Notes: generated by a model from the sequence alone, not told the origin. A stretch of 64,000 nucleotides of DNA from Acidobacteriota bacterium (GCA_022821145.1 JAJEEE010000057.1:4213-68212); one strand, 5' to 3'; counted from the first letter of the stretch, positions 9,163-20,071 are shown. Made by a program: numbers and translations.

Positions 9163-10546
9163 CGTCGCCCTCCCGGGACGCGCCCTCCACCGCCCCGGAC
9201 TTCGTCACCCGGGCTTCGAGACGTCCCTCGTGCAGGAGAATCGTCACATCCGCGCCGGCCGGGGCTTCCTGCGCCGAGCGCACGACGCGCCCCTCGGCGG
9301 TGCGGCAGACGGCGAACCCCCGCGCCAGGACGCCCAGCGGGCTGAGCGCCTGCAGCGTCTCCTCGAGCGCAGCCAGCCGCTGCCGGGCGCGGACGACCTT
9401 CAACTCGCCCGCACGCCGCATGGCGTCGACGGCCGAGGCAAGCCCGCGGCGGCCCTCCACGGTCATCGCCGTAACGCTCGTCCGGGCCCGTACGGTCGCG
9501 TCATCGACACGCCGCCTCCGCTCGCCGACCCACTGGCCGGACCGGACGACCCGATCCATGCGGAACACGCAATCGTCCACCTGCTGCGCCCGCTGCTTCA
9601 ACCGGCCCTCGACGATCGCGAAGCCCCGGTGCCCGGCCCGCGCCGTGAGAAACTGGCGCAAGCGGGACAGCCGGTATCGAAAGGCCGCGGCCATGCGCTG
9701 TTCGCCGGCGTGGAGCCGGTCGGCCAGCTCCCGCTTGCTGCGCGCGACCATTTCCGCCGCGGCGCTCGGCGTCGGCGCGCGCACGTCGGCAACGAAGTCG
9801 CTGATCGTGAAATCCGTCTCGTGCCCGACCGCCGAAACGACCGGTTTGGGACAGGCGGCGATCGCGCGCGCCACGACCTCCTCGTTGAAGGGCCACAGGT
9901 CCTCGATCGAACCGCCGCCGCGCGTGACGATGACGAGATCGACGTCGCGGCCCCCCATCTCGCCGAGCCCGCGCGCGATCTGCGCCCCCGCCCCCTGGCC
10001 CTGGACGTCGGCCGGGTGGATCAACACGTCGATCGCGTCGTGCCGGCGCTCCAGGACGGACAGGATGTCCCGGAGCGCGGCGCCCCGGGCCGAGGTCACG
10101 ACGCCGATGCGCGACGGGTACGGGGGCAGCTTCCGCTTGCGTTCGGCGGCGAACAGGCCTTCCCGCGACAGCTTTTCCTTCAGCCGCTCGAACTCCTCGT
10201 GAAGCGTCCCGCGGCCCGCCGGCTCGAGCACCTCGACGATGATCTGGTACTGGCCGCGCCCCTCATAGACGCTCACGCGGCCGCGCGCGCGGAACGATTC
10301 CCCGTTCTTCGGCTTGAAACGCAGATAGACGGCGGCGCTCCGGAAACAGACGGCGGGAAGCTGGGCGCGATCGTCCTTGAGCGTGAAGTAGAGATGCCCG
10401 GCGGCCGACGCCCTCACGTTGGAGACTTCGCCCTCGACCCAGACGTCCGGGAACCGGGGCTCGACGAGTTCCTTGATGCGGCGGCTGATCTCCGAGACGG
10501 AATGAACGACGCGCCCATCGCCGCCCGACGCGGGGCCGGCCGCCAT
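9155..10546 (-). CDS. xseA: Exodeoxyribonuclease VII large subunit
   Basis: VWVEGEVSN, GHLYFTLKD, RGGGSIEDLWPFN, SAVGHETD, APTPSAAAE, LARGF. True start at the ATG overlapping the fbaB stop, not 11581. Confidence 0.95.
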   Translation of the reverse strand: MAAGPASGGDGRVVHSVSEISRRIKELVEPRFPDVWVEGEVSNVRASAAGHLYFTLKDDRAQLPAVCFRSAAVYLRFKPKNGESFRARGRVSVYEGRGQYQIIVEVLEPAGRGTLHEEFERLKEKLSREGLFAAERKRKLPPYPSRIGVVTSARGAALRDILSVLERRHDAIDVLIHPADVQGQGAGAQIARGLGEMGGRDVDLVIVTRGGGSIEDLWPFNEEVVARAIAACPKPVVSAVGHETDFTISDFVADVRAPTPSAAAEMVARSKRELADRLHAGEQRMAAAFRYRLSRLRQFLTARAGHRGFAIVEGRLKQRAQQVDDCVFRMDRVVRSGQWVGERRRRVDDATVRARTSVTAMTVEGRRGLASAVDAMRRAGELKVVRARQRLAALEETLQALSPLGVLARGFAVCRTAEGRVVRSAQEAPAGADVTILLHEGRLEARVTKSGAVEGASREGDDG

Positions 10547-11601
10547 CAGGCGACGGTGACCTCCGGCGCCAGGTACACGTCCTGGATCGCGTTCAGAAGC
10601 TTCACGCCCTGCTTCATCGGACGCTGGAACGCCTTCCGGCCCGAGATCAGGCCCATGCCGCCGGCCCGCTTGTTGATCACCGCGGTCCGGACGGCCTCCT
10701 CCAGGTCGCCCGCGCCGCTGGACGCGCCGCCGGAATTGATCAGCCCGGCCCGGCCCATGTAGCAGTTGGCGACCTGGTACCGGGTCAGATCGATCGGGTG
10801 ACTCGACGTGAGATGCGAGTACACCCTGGAGTGGGTCTTGCCGAACTTGATCGCCTCGTAACCGCCGTTGTTCTCGGGCAGCTTCTGCTTGATGATGTCC
10901 GCCTCGATCGTCACGCCCAGGTGGTTGGCCTGTCCGGTCAGGTCGGCCGAGGCGTGGTAGTCCGCGTCCGACGTCTTGAAGTCCGGGTTGCGGAGATAGC
11001 ACCAGAGAACGGTGCACATCCCCAGGTCGTGGGCGTGCTCGAACGCCTCGGTCACTTCCTGGAGCTGCCGGGCGGACTCCTCCGAACCGAAGTAGATGGT
11101 GGCGCCAACGCCCACGGCGCCCATGTCGAACGCCTGGTCGATGCCGGCGAACGCCACCTGGTCGAAGCGGTTGGGATAGGTCAGCAACTCGTTGTGGTTG
11201 AACTTCATGATGAACGGGATCCGGTGCGCGTACTTGCGCGAGACCGCCCCCAGCACGCCCAGCGTCGAGGCGACGGCGTTGCAGCCGCCCTCGATGGCGA
11301 GTTCCACGATCCGCTGCGGATCGAAGTAGACCGGGTTCGGCGCGAACGAGGCGCCGGCGGAGTGCTCGATGCCCTGGTCGACCGGGAGAATCGACACGTA
11401 CCCGGTGCCCCCCAGACGGCCGGAACGGGTCAGCGCCGCCAGACTGCCCAGAACGCGCGTCGGGCGGTCCGACAACGCGAAGACCCGGTCCACGTGGTCG
11501 GGCCCGGGAAGATGCAGCGAACGCGTCGGTATGGTCCGGCACTTGTGATTCAACAGGTCGTCGGCCTCGTCGCCGAGCCACTTGTGGATCGAGTCGATCA
11601 T
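10546..11601 (-). CDS. fbaB: Class I fructose-bisphosphate aldolase
   Basis: [32 protein letters not shown]. Confidence 0.96.
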   Translation of the reverse strand: MIDSIHKWLGDEADDLLNHKCRTIPTRSLHLPGPDHVDRVFALSDRPTRVLGSLAALTRSGRLGGTGYVSILPVDQGIEHSAGASFAPNPVYFDPQRIVELAIEGGCNAVASTLGVLGAVSRKYAHRIPFIMKFNHNELLTYPNRFDQVAFAGIDQAFDMGAVGVGATIYFGSEESARQLQEVTEAFEHAHDLGMCTVLWCYLRNPDFKTSDADYHASADLTGQANHLGVTIEADIIKQKLPENNGGYEAIKFGKTHSRVYSHLTSSHPIDLTRYQVANCYMGRAGLINSGGASSGAGDLEEAVRTAVINKRAGGMGLISGRKAFQRPMKQGVKLLNAIQDVYLAPEVTVA

Positions 11602-11670
11602 GGTGTCCCCTTCGTCACGTATCAGGATAGACGACGAGCGGACCCGGCCGTCCGGATCCGATCGTCCGCG

Positions 11671-11889
11671 TCAACGCCGGCGGATCCACGTCCACGCCAG
11701 GGTCAGGATCAGGCTGACCAGGATGGACGTTCCCAACGGGAAGTAGAACCGTACGTCGCCGCGTTCGTATCGAAAGTCCAGCGGCAGGCGTCCGAGGCGG
11801 AACGGGAGCCGGTCGCCGAAGGTCAGCAGCAGGCCGATAAGGACGATGACGGCGCCCAGACCGATCAGGACCTTGCCCGCCTGCTCCAT
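11671..11889 (-). CDS. DUF2905-family small membrane protein
   Basis: GRLPLDF...FYFPLGTSILVSLILT pattern with two hydrophobic segments. Confidence 0.8.
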   Translation of the reverse strand: MEQAGKVLIGLGAVIVLIGLLLTFGDRLPFRLGRLPLDFRYERGDVRFYFPLGTSILVSLILTLAWTWIRRR

Positions 11890-11900
11890 TGCGCATTCTC

Positions 11901-12314
11901 CTAGACGATCTCCAACCGATTGAAGAAGTACGCGATCTCCACCGCGGCCGTTTCCGGCGCATCGGAGCCATGGATCGCGTTGCGCTCGATGTTGGTCGCG
12001 AACCGTTTCCGGATCGTGCCGTCCCCGGCCTTGGCGGGGTCCGTGGCCCCCATCAGTTCCCGCAGCTTCGAGACGGCGTCCTCGGCTTCCAGGACCATGA
12101 CGATGACCGGCCCCTCCGTCATGAAGGCGACCAGGTCGCCGAAGAACGGACGTTCCCTGTGGACGGCGTAGAACCCCTCGGCCTGGCTCCGCGTCAGGTG
12201 GAGCATCCGGGCCGCGCGGATCCGGAACCCGGCCTCCTCGATCGATGCGATCACGGCGCCGGCGCGGCCGGCTCCGACCGTGTCGGGCTTGAGTATCGTC
12301 AGCGTCTTCTGCAT
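11901..12314 (-). CDS. ndk: Nucleoside diphosphate kinase
   Basis: [32 protein letters not shown]. Confidence 0.97.
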   Translation of the reverse strand: MQKTLTILKPDTVGAGRAGAVIASIEEAGFRIRAARMLHLTRSQAEGFYAVHRERPFFGDLVAFMTEGPVIVMVLEAEDAVSKLRELMGATDPAKAGDGTIRKRFATNIERNAIHGSDAPETAAVEIAYFFNRLEIV

Positions 12315-12334
12315 CGGTCTCCCGCGGTTTTCCC

Positions 12335-13200
<866 letters not shown>

Positions 13201-13204
<4 letters not shown>

Positions 13205-14376
13205 CCGACGTCTCCGCCGGGCTCGGACGCGGCCACCACCTTCCGGGCCGCGTCGGCCATCCCGTCGGCGACGATGAAGTGGAGTCCCGAGTCGCCGAGA
13301 ATCCGTTGCGCCTCGGCCGCGTTGGTGCCCTCCAGGCGCACCACGACCGGAACCGCCACGCCCAGCTTCCGCGCCGCGGCCACCACGCCCGTCGCGACCA
13401 CGTCGCAGCGCATGATGCCGCCGAAGATATTGACCAGGACGGCCCGGACGTGCGCGTCGGCCAGCAGGATGCGGAAGGCGTTCTCGACCTGCTCGGCGTT
13501 GGCGCCTCCGCCGACGTCCAGGAAGTTGGCCGGATTGCCGCCGGACAGCTTGATGATGTCCATCGTCGCCATCGCCAGCCCGGCCCCGTTGACCATGCAA
13601 CCCACGTTGCCGTCCAGCTTGATGTAGTTCAACCCGTGCCTCGCAGCCTCGACCTCCAGGGGCTCTTCCTCGTCGAGGTCGCGGAGCTCGCGGATGTCCG
13701 GATGGCGCGCCAGCGCGTTGTCGTCGAAGTTCATCTTGGCGTCGAGCGCATACACCCGGTCGTCGCCGGTCACCAGGAACGGGTTGATCTCGGCAAGCGA
13801 CGCGTCCGTATCCTCGAATGCGCCATAGAGGGCGGTCATGAACCGCGCGGCGTCGAGGGCGACCCGTCCGCCGAGACCGAGACCGAAAGCCAGCTTGCGC
13901 GCCTGAAAGTCCTGGAGTCCGAGTCCCGGGGACACCCATTCCTTGAGAATCTTCTCCGGGTGCGTGGACGCGACCTCCTCGATGTCCATTCCGCCCTCGG
14001 TCGACGCCATCAGCACCGGGAGCCCCGCCTGCCGGTCGATCACGATGCCCAGGTACAACTCGTTCCGGATGTCCAGGCCTTCCTCGATCAATACCTTCCC
14101 GACCCGGCGGCCTTCCGGACCGGTCTGGTGAGTGACGAGCATCATGCCCAGTATCTCGTCCGCGATCCGTTCGGCCTCGTCGGGGCCGGAGGCCAACCGG
14201 ACGCCCCCGCCCTTGCCCCGGCCGCCCGCGTGGATCTGGGCCTTGACGACGACGGCGCCGCCGATCGACGACGCCGCGGCCCGCGCCTCGGCCGCCGTAT
14301 GGGCCACCTCGCCGCGCGGCACGCGCACGCCGTACCGCGCGAGGATCGCTTTCGCCTGGTACTCGTGGATTTTCAT
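13201..14376 (-). CDS. sucC: Succinyl-CoA ligase beta subunit
   Basis: [40 protein letters not shown]. Confidence 0.97.
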
Positions 14377-14423
14377 GGAAACCGCGTTAACGGAACCGGG
14401 CCGGCGGGGCCGGCCAAACCCCA

Positions 14424-14453
14424 ACATTACGCAAGGCCGGAAGCCGTTGTCAA
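14424..14453 (-). promoter_or_regulatory. Putative sigma70 promoter of the sucC-sucD-ndk operon
   Basis: TTGACA (14453-14448), 18-nt spacer, TAATGT (14429-14424) on the minus strand. Confidence 0.5.
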
Positions 14454-14502
14454 ACGCGCCGGGAAGCGCGCCCCCGCCGCGGGTCCGTTTCGCGGGCGCG
14501 GG

Positions 14503-15912
14503 CTATTCGACCCGCTCCACCTGAATGAAATTCGTCGCGCCGGGACTGTGGAGCGGCGTGCCGCCGGTGACGACGATCCGGTCGCCCGGACGCACCAGCC
14601 CGGTCCCCTTCGCCGCGTCGATCGACAGCCGCAGTTGCTCCTCGATCGAGGTCGCCGTCGCGATGCGCAGCGGGACCACGCCCCAGCAGAACGCCAGGAA
14701 GTGGGCCGAGATCCGGTTCGGCGTGGTCGCGACGATCGGCTGCCGCGGGCGGAAACGCGACACCAGCCTCGGGGTGTATCCCGACCATGTCGGCGTGATG
14801 ATCGCGGCCGCCCCGACCCCGCGCGCGATGTTGTAGCTGGAACGCGTGATCGCGTCGCTGGTGCCCGGACGCTCGTGAAAGTCCCACTGGAACTTGCCCT
14901 CGTCGATGGAGTCCTCCACCGACGCGGCGATCCGGTCCATGGTCTGGACCGACTCGACGGGGTACTTCCCGGCCGCCGTCTCTTCCGACAGCATGACGGC
15001 GTCGGTGCCGTCGAGGATGGCGTTGGCGACGTCGGCGGCTTCGGCGCGCGTCGGCCGCGGCTGGTCGACCATGCGGACCAGCATCTGCGTCGCCGTGATG
15101 ACCGGCTTGCCGAGCAGGTTGGCCTTGCGGATGATCTTCTTCTGGATCAGGGGCACGGTGGCCAGGTCGATCTCGATACCGAGGTCCCCGCGCGCGATCA
15201 TGACCCCGTCCGCGGCGTTCAGTATCCCGTCGATGTTGTCGACGGCCTGCGGTTTCTCGATCTTGGCGATGACGCGGACGTCGGCGCCGACGCCCAGCAG
15301 CACGTCGCGCAACGCCTGCACGTCCGCCTCGGTGCGGACGAAGCTCAACGCGATGGCGTCGACGCCGGCCTCGATGCCCACCTGGATGTCGTCGCGGTCC
15401 TTGGCGCTCAGCGACTCGACGTCCAGCCGCGCGCCGGGCAGGTTGACGCCCTTGTGCGAGCTCAGGACGCCGCCGACGCGGACCCGGCAACGCACGTCCG
15501 GGGCCTCGACCTCCTCGACCTCCAGCTCGATCGTGCCGTCGGCCAGCAGAACCCGGTGTCCCGGCCGGACGTCGTCGGCCAGGCTCTCCAGCGACACCGA
15601 GGCGCGCGACGCGTCGCCCGGGAAGCTGCCGGAGGTCAGCGTGAACCTCGCCCCGTGCTCGAGCCATGCCATCCCGTTCGTCATCCGGCCGACGCGCACC
15701 TTGGGCCCTTGCAGGTCCTGGAGCACGGCGACGGGCAGGGACAGCCGTTCGCGGACGGTCTGGATTCGCTGGATGACCGTCCGGTGGTAGTCCGCGCCGG
15801 CGTGCGAGAAGTTGACGCGGGCCACGTTGACGCCGGCCGTGAACAGGCGCTCCAGCATCGCCTCGGAATCGCACGCGGGACCGATCGTCGCCACCAGTTT
15901 GGTTCGCCTCAC
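14503..15912 (-). CDS. pyk: Pyruvate kinase
   Basis: RRTKLVATIGP, RVNFSH, DLQGPKVR, MIARGDLG, TATQML, DAVMLSEETA; GTG start. Confidence 0.97.
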   Translation of the reverse strand: MRRTKLVATIGPACDSEAMLERLFTAGVNVARVNFSHAGADYHRTVIQRIQTVRERLSLPVAVLQDLQGPKVRVGRMTNGMAWLEHGARFTLTSGSFPGDASRASVSLESLADDVRPGHRVLLADGTIELEVEEVEAPDVRCRVRVGGVLSSHKGVNLPGARLDVESLSAKDRDDIQVGIEAGVDAIALSFVRTEADVQALRDVLLGVGADVRVIAKIEKPQAVDNIDGILNAADGVMIARGDLGIEIDLATVPLIQKKIIRKANLLGKPVITATQMLVRMVDQPRPTRAEAADVANAILDGTDAVMLSEETAAGKYPVESVQTMDRIAASVEDSIDEGKFQWDFHERPGTSDAITRSSYNIARGVGAAAIITPTWSGYTPRLVSRFRPRQPIVATTPNRISAHFLAFCWGVVPLRIATATSIEEQLRLSIDAAKGTGLVRPGDRIVVTGGTPLHSPGATNFIQVERVE

Positions 15913-16028
15913 GGGGAGTCTCCCGCGGGGGCTGGCGAAGCGGGCGATCCCGGGCGCAGTCGGGAACGCGCGGGACGTTCGTTCGGGCTCATGATTCCAT
16001 TATGGCCGACGGGGCGGTGGTGTCGAGG

Positions 16029-16189
16029 GCCGCCCTGAGGCGTTCCCGGGCTGGTGGCGGATTGAAGAGATCATTTTATTGGACTGACGCCTCGGCTGCC
16101 GCCGCGTCAGCCCAAGAAACTGATCTCTTCAGTTCATCCAGCACCAACGCACACGAAGTTGCACCGTTCCGTCCCACGGGCGGGGCGGC
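16029..16189. ncRNA. Long structured intergenic element (6S-RNA-like ncRNA or miniature repeat element; unresolved)
   Basis: Nested inverted repeats: GCCGCCCTG (16029-37)/CGGGGCGGC (16181-89), GAAGAGATCA (16064-73)/TGATCTCTTC (16121-30), CTGACGC (16084-90)/GCGTCAG (16104-10). Confidence 0.4.
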
Positions 16190-16220
16190 TCCTGGACCCA
16201 GCCCCCGGCGCGGACCCGCA

Positions 16221-16229
16221 TGCTACAAT
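16221..16229 (+). promoter_or_regulatory. Extended -10 element upstream of ino1
   Basis: TGCTACAAT (TGn plus TACAAT), followed by an AGGAGG RBS at 16261-66. Confidence 0.5.
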
Positions 16230-16273
16230 TCAGCCGCTTTTCTCGCGTCCGAGGCGGCCCAGGAGGGGTGGAA

Positions 16274-17590
16274 GTGACTGAAAACAGGGTTCGTATTTCG
16301 CCCGCGGACGGCAAGCTCGGGGTGCTGATTCCCGGGCTCGGAGCCGTCGGCACCACGTTCATCGCGGGCGTCGAGGCCGTCAAGAAGGGGATCGCGCAAC
16401 CGATCGGCTCCTTGACCCAACTCGGCACGATCCGTCTCGGGAAACGCACCGAGCACCGCGTCCCCACGATCCGGGACTTCGTACCGCTTGCCGAACTGGA
16501 CGACCTGGTGTTCGGCGGATGGGACATCTTCGAGGACAACGGCTACGAGGCGGCGCTGAAGGCCGGCGTCCTCGATCCGCGCCTCCTGGACCAGGTCCGG
16601 CCCGAAGTCGAAAGCGTCCGGCCGTGGAAGGCCGTCTTCAGCCAGGACTACGTCAAGAAGCTCGACGGGCGCCACGTCAAGACCGGGGCGAGCAAGATGG
16701 ATCTGGCCGAGCAGGTGATGGCCGACATCGACGGGTTCCGGCAGGCCCACGGCCTCGAGCGACTCGTCATGATCCTGTGCGCGAGCACGGAGGTCTTCCT
16801 GACGCCGCAGCCCGTCCACCAGTCGCTGGAGGCCTTCGAACGGGGCCTTCGCGAAAGCGACGCCGCCATCGCGCCCAGCATGATCTACGCCTATGCCGCC
16901 CTCCGGCGGGGCATCCCGTTCGCCAACGGCGCGCCGAACCTGACCGTCGACATCCCGGCGCTGCTGGAGCTGGCGGATTCCCAAGGCGTTCCCGTCTGCG
17001 GCAAGGACTTCAAGACCGGACAGACCCTGATGAAGACGATCCTGGCGCCCGGGTTGAAGTCGCGCATGATCGGGCTGGCGGGGTGGTTCTCGACCAACAT
17101 CCTCGGAAACCGCGACGGCGAGGTCCTGGACGATCCGGATTCCTTCAAGACGAAGGAGGAGAGCAAGCTGTCGGTCCTTGACCAGATCCTGCAACCCCGG
17201 CTCTACCCCGACCTGTACGGGGACTTCACGCACAAGGTGCGCATCAACTACTACCCCCCCCGCGGCGACAACAAGGAGGGCTGGGACAACATCGACATCT
17301 TCGGCTGGCTGGGCCACCCCATGCAGATCAAGATCGACTTCCTGTGCCGGGACAGCATCCTGGCCGCCCCGCTCGTCCTGGACCTGGTCCTGTTCCTCGA
17401 CCTGGCCCAGCGCTCGGGCATGCGCGGCATCCAGGAGTGGCTGAGCTTCTACTTCAAGAGCCCCATGTGCGCGCCGGGCCTCTACCCCGAGCACGACCTG
17501 TTCATCCAGTTGATGAAGCTGAAGAACACGCTTCGGCACCTGCGCGGCGAGGAGCTGATCACCCATCTCGGAATGGAGTACTACGACTGA
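16274..17590 (+). CDS. ino1: Inositol-3-phosphate synthase
   Basis: GLGAVGTT, FGGWD, PFANGAPN, GKDFKTGQT, STNILGNRDG, GDNKEGWD, CRDSILAAP; GTG start 7 nt after the RBS. Confidence 0.95.
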   Translation: MTENRVRISPADGKLGVLIPGLGAVGTTFIAGVEAVKKGIAQPIGSLTQLGTIRLGKRTEHRVPTIRDFVPLAELDDLVFGGWDIFEDNGYEAALKAGVLDPRLLDQVRPEVESVRPWKAVFSQDYVKKLDGRHVKTGASKMDLAEQVMADIDGFRQAHGLERLVMILCASTEVFLTPQPVHQSLEAFERGLRESDAAIAPSMIYAYAALRRGIPFANGAPNLTVDIPALLELADSQGVPVCGKDFKTGQTLMKTILAPGLKSRMIGLAGWFSTNILGNRDGEVLDDPDSFKTKEESKLSVLDQILQPRLYPDLYGDFTHKVRINYYPPRGDNKEGWDNIDIFGWLGHPMQIKIDFLCRDSILAAPLVLDLVLFLDLAQRSGMRGIQEWLSFYFKSPMCAPGLYPEHDLFIQLMKLKNTLRHLRGEELITHLGMEYYD

Positions 17591-17592
17591 AG

Positions 17593-17612
17593 ATCCCGCC
17601 GCGGGATTTCTT
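17593..17612 (+). terminator. Possible weak intrinsic terminator after ino1
   Basis: ATCCCG-CCG-CGGGAT hairpin followed by TTCTT. Confidence 0.3.
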
Positions 17613-17675
17613 GACCGATCGCCGGCGGGAACGTCCATAATGGAGGAACTCCGTTCCATTGGGAGCCGACCCGGG

Positions 17676-18788
17676 ATGACCAGAAACTCGATTCTGACCA
17701 TGGCGCTGGCGAGCGTTCTCGTGAGCGCATGGCCGACGCGGGCGCAGCAATTCCAGACCAAGGACGAGTACGACGCCTACATGGCGCTTTACAACGAAGA
17801 AGATCCGACCGTGAAGTTGGATCTGGGCGAGGCCTTCATCCGGGAATTCGCGGAATCGGAATACGGCGCGATCGCCCACCAGCTCCTGGTCGCGACGCAC
17901 TACTCGCAGCGGGACTGGCGCGGGGTCGTCGACGTCGCCAAGCGGTTCGACCGCGCGCACCCCGACGCGGCGAACGACACCCGGACCTTCATCTACCGGC
18001 GCGCGATGGCGGCGGCGCAGCAGGAACGGAACGCGATCGACATATTGGACTTCGGCGACAAGATCCTGGAGCTGGACCGCAACAACCTGGGCGCGCTGCT
18101 GACGCTGCCGGCGGTGATCCTGGAGAATCTCCCGGAATTCGGAAGCGCCCGCGAGAACAATCTTGCGCGGGCGTTCGAGCTTGCGAACCGGGCCCGCATC
18201 CGGGCCCAGGCGGCCTATCCCCCCGTCGGCGGCGACGCGCAGCAGTCGTCCGAGCGCGTGCAGGTATTCTCACGCGTCCACCTGTACCTGGGCCAGGTGC
18301 ATGAGCTGCGGGGCGATGACGACCGCGCGGCGTCCGAGTACACGCGCATCCTCGACTACGATCCGCGCAGCTCCGACGCCTACCTCCGCCTCGGCCTGTC
18401 CTACCACCGCCGGGCCGCCGCTGAGTCGGAGCTCCTGGAACGGGCGTTGGAGCGGGCCGACGCAGCGGCCGAGGGCCCGGCCGAAGGCGCGGCCGAAGAC
18501 GCGGACGAGGGCCCGGCCGAAGACGCGGCCGGGGGCGCGGCCGAAGACGCGGCCGGGGGCGCGGCCGAAGATGGTGAGCTGGACCCGGCTTCGGCAGCGA
18601 TCGAGCGGACCGTCCTCGAGAACCTGGATCTCGCGATCGACTACCTGACCAGCGCCGCCGCCCTCGGCGGCCAGGCGGCGGATCTGGCTCGCGCCGAACT
18701 GGAACCGCTCTACGCGATGCGGAACGGGGAGTCCATGGACGGGCTCGAGGATCGGATTCGCGACAGACGCGTCGAGCTGACCCGGTAG
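17676..18788 (+). CDS. Exported tetratricopeptide-repeat protein
   Basis: Signal peptide MTRNSILTMALASVLVSAWPTRA; TPR-like helices (VHLYLGQVHEL, AYLRLGLSYH). Confidence 0.75.
   Translation: MTRNSILTMALASVLVSAWPTRAQQFQTKDEYDAYMALYNEEDPTVKLDLGEAFIREFAESEYGAIAHQLLVATHYSQRDWRGVVDVAKRFDRAHPDAANDTRTFIYRRAMAAAQQERNAIDILDFGDKILELDRNNLGALLTLPAVILENLPEFGSARENNLARAFELANRARIRAQAAYPPVGGDAQQSSERVQVFSRVHLYLGQVHELRGDDDRAASEYTRILDYDPRSSDAYLRLGLSYHRRAAAESELLERALERADAAAEGPAEGAAEDADEGPAEDAAGGAAEDAAGGAAEDGELDPASAAIERTVLENLDLAIDYLTSAAALGGQAADLARAELEPLYAMRNGESMDGLEDRIRDRRVELTR
18467..18571 (+). repeat. In-frame 24-bp tandem repeat (about 4.4 copies)
   Basis: GGCCGAAGACGCGGCCGGGGGCGC is exact at 18515-38 and 18539-62, partial at 18563-71 and degenerate at 18467-90 and 18491-514. 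It encodes an acidic AEDAAGGA-type linker. Confidence 0.9.
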
Positions 18789-18813
18789 CGGCCGCCGCCA
18801 CCGTCTGCCGAGA

Positions 18814-19371
18814 TCACTCCGGATCCGGATGCGTCGCGTGGCAGGTCAGGCAGTCGACCGGCCGCGCCAGCTTCGCCCGGGCGAAGTACTCGTCGCTGTT
18901 GAGCCGCGCCACCCACTTCCGCATCAGGTCCGCCATGAACTCGTGGTCGTTCTCGTAGACGTCGGTCATCGGCACGCGCATCTTCGGGATATTCTCGAAG
19001 TCGACCTGGCCGGAGACGTGACAATCGGTGCACCAGACACGATTGTCGACGGGATCCAGCAACGGGGAGGTCCAGTCGGGGTTGGGGTTGTTGTTGGCCG
19101 GCACGCTGTAGAGCGCCTCGACCCAGGTGTGCATGAAGAAGGCCTTGACGAAGGGCGGCACTTCCGGCTCCTCGAAAGCGTCGAAGTCCAAGGCCTCCTG
19201 GGCCGTGAACAGGAGCGGGTTCCCGCCGACAGGGACCGGCGGCGGCGAGTCCTCGAGCCGCTCGCCGTCGCGAACGGTCTCGACGTTCTGGCTGCAGCCG
19301 GCGATCAAGACCGAAGCCCCGGCCAGCAAGCCGAGGGCGATGGGAACGCTTCGCTTGGCGGTTCGTTTCAT
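18814..19371 (-). CDS. Diheme c-type cytochrome lipoprotein (reminiscent of the reaction-centre cytochrome c domain family)
   Basis: Lipobox LIAGC; two heme motifs, CTDCH and CLTCH; Met-rich helix FMADLMRKW between them. Confidence 0.75.
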   Translation of the reverse strand: MKRTAKRSVPIALGLLAGASVLIAGCSQNVETVRDGERLEDSPPPVPVGGNPLLFTAQEALDFDAFEEPEVPPFVKAFFMHTWVEALYSVPANNNPNPDWTSPLLDPVDNRVWCTDCHVSGQVDFENIPKMRVPMTDVYENDHEFMADLMRKWVARLNSDEYFARAKLARPVDCLTCHATHPDPE

Positions 19372-19402
19372 GACAACCCTCCCGCGGCGGCGCCCGATCG
19401 TC

Positions 19403-20071
19403 TCAACACCCCGGCGCGTGGCTGATGCCCAGCTCGTGCACCTGCCGGTTCTGGATCCGCTCGGCCAGGTCGAGGACGGCCGTGGACGCCGCCAACGCCA
19501 GTACCTGCGAATCCGGCGTCGTGGCGTATTTCTCCAGGGTCCGCCGCCCGAGCCGGACGTGCCACTGCTCGTCGGGCTGGATCTCCGTCCGGTAGAACTC
19601 CGCGGTCGCGGCCGCTCCGGCCCCGTCGCAGAACGCGATGAACTGCTCGTTCTTGGTCAAGGCCAGGGACTCGCGCGTCAGTTGGGCCGCGGCCACTCGC
19701 TCGATGGTCGATTCGTATCCGCGAAGCAACTGGAACATCGGGCTGTATCCACCCTCGAGCGGATCGAACCCCGTCAGATCGACTTCCAGCGTCTCCAGGT
19801 GCTCCTCGATCAGACGGTAATGCCGGGCTTCGTCGCCCGCCTGCCGCGCCAACCCCAGCTTGACGTCGATCTCGGGCGTGGAGGGCATCCACATCGCCGC
19901 CAGTTCGCTGGCTTCCATCTCGTTCCGCAGCGCCAGCTTGAGACGGGACACGACCGCGTCCATCGCCTCGCCCTCGCCGGGCGCATCCGGGTTCCCGACC
20001 CGCTCCAACTCCGCCATGCGCAGGTCGATCCGTTGCTGCAGCGTCTCCACGAACTCCCCGGCCGTCGCCAT
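19403..20071 (-). CDS. Ferritin-like diiron-carboxylate protein
   Basis: E (NEME)...DEARH...E (TRES)...DEQWH diiron ligand spacing. Confidence 0.8.
   Translation of the reverse strand: MATAGEFVETLQQRIDLRMAELERVGNPDAPGEGEAMDAVVSRLKLALRNEMEASELAAMWMPSTPEIDVKLGLARQAGDEARHYRLIEEHLETLEVDLTGFDPLEGGYSPMFQLLRGYESTIERVAAAQLTRESLALTKNEQFIAFCDGAGAAATAEFYRTEIQPDEQWHVRLGRRTLEKYATTPDSQVLALAASTAVLDLAERIQNRQVHELGISHAPGC

Noticed and set aside
9155-10546. xseB missing next to xseA
   Set aside because: The two subunit genes are often unlinked; not informative from one window.
9041-10762. 573-aa plus-strand ORF
   Set aside because: Antisense shadow of xseA/fbaB; Arg/Pro/Ala-rich with no motifs, as expected in high-GC DNA.
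13279-16038. 919-aa plus-strand ORF
   Set aside because: Antisense shadow of sucC and pyk.
18467-18571. Possible CRISPR array
   Set aside because: The repeats are contiguous, in frame and lack spacers; no cas genes are present.
18814-19371. Phototrophy inferred from a reaction-centre-like cytochrome
   Set aside because: No puf, psc or bch genes; only two hemes; similar domains occur in non-phototrophs.
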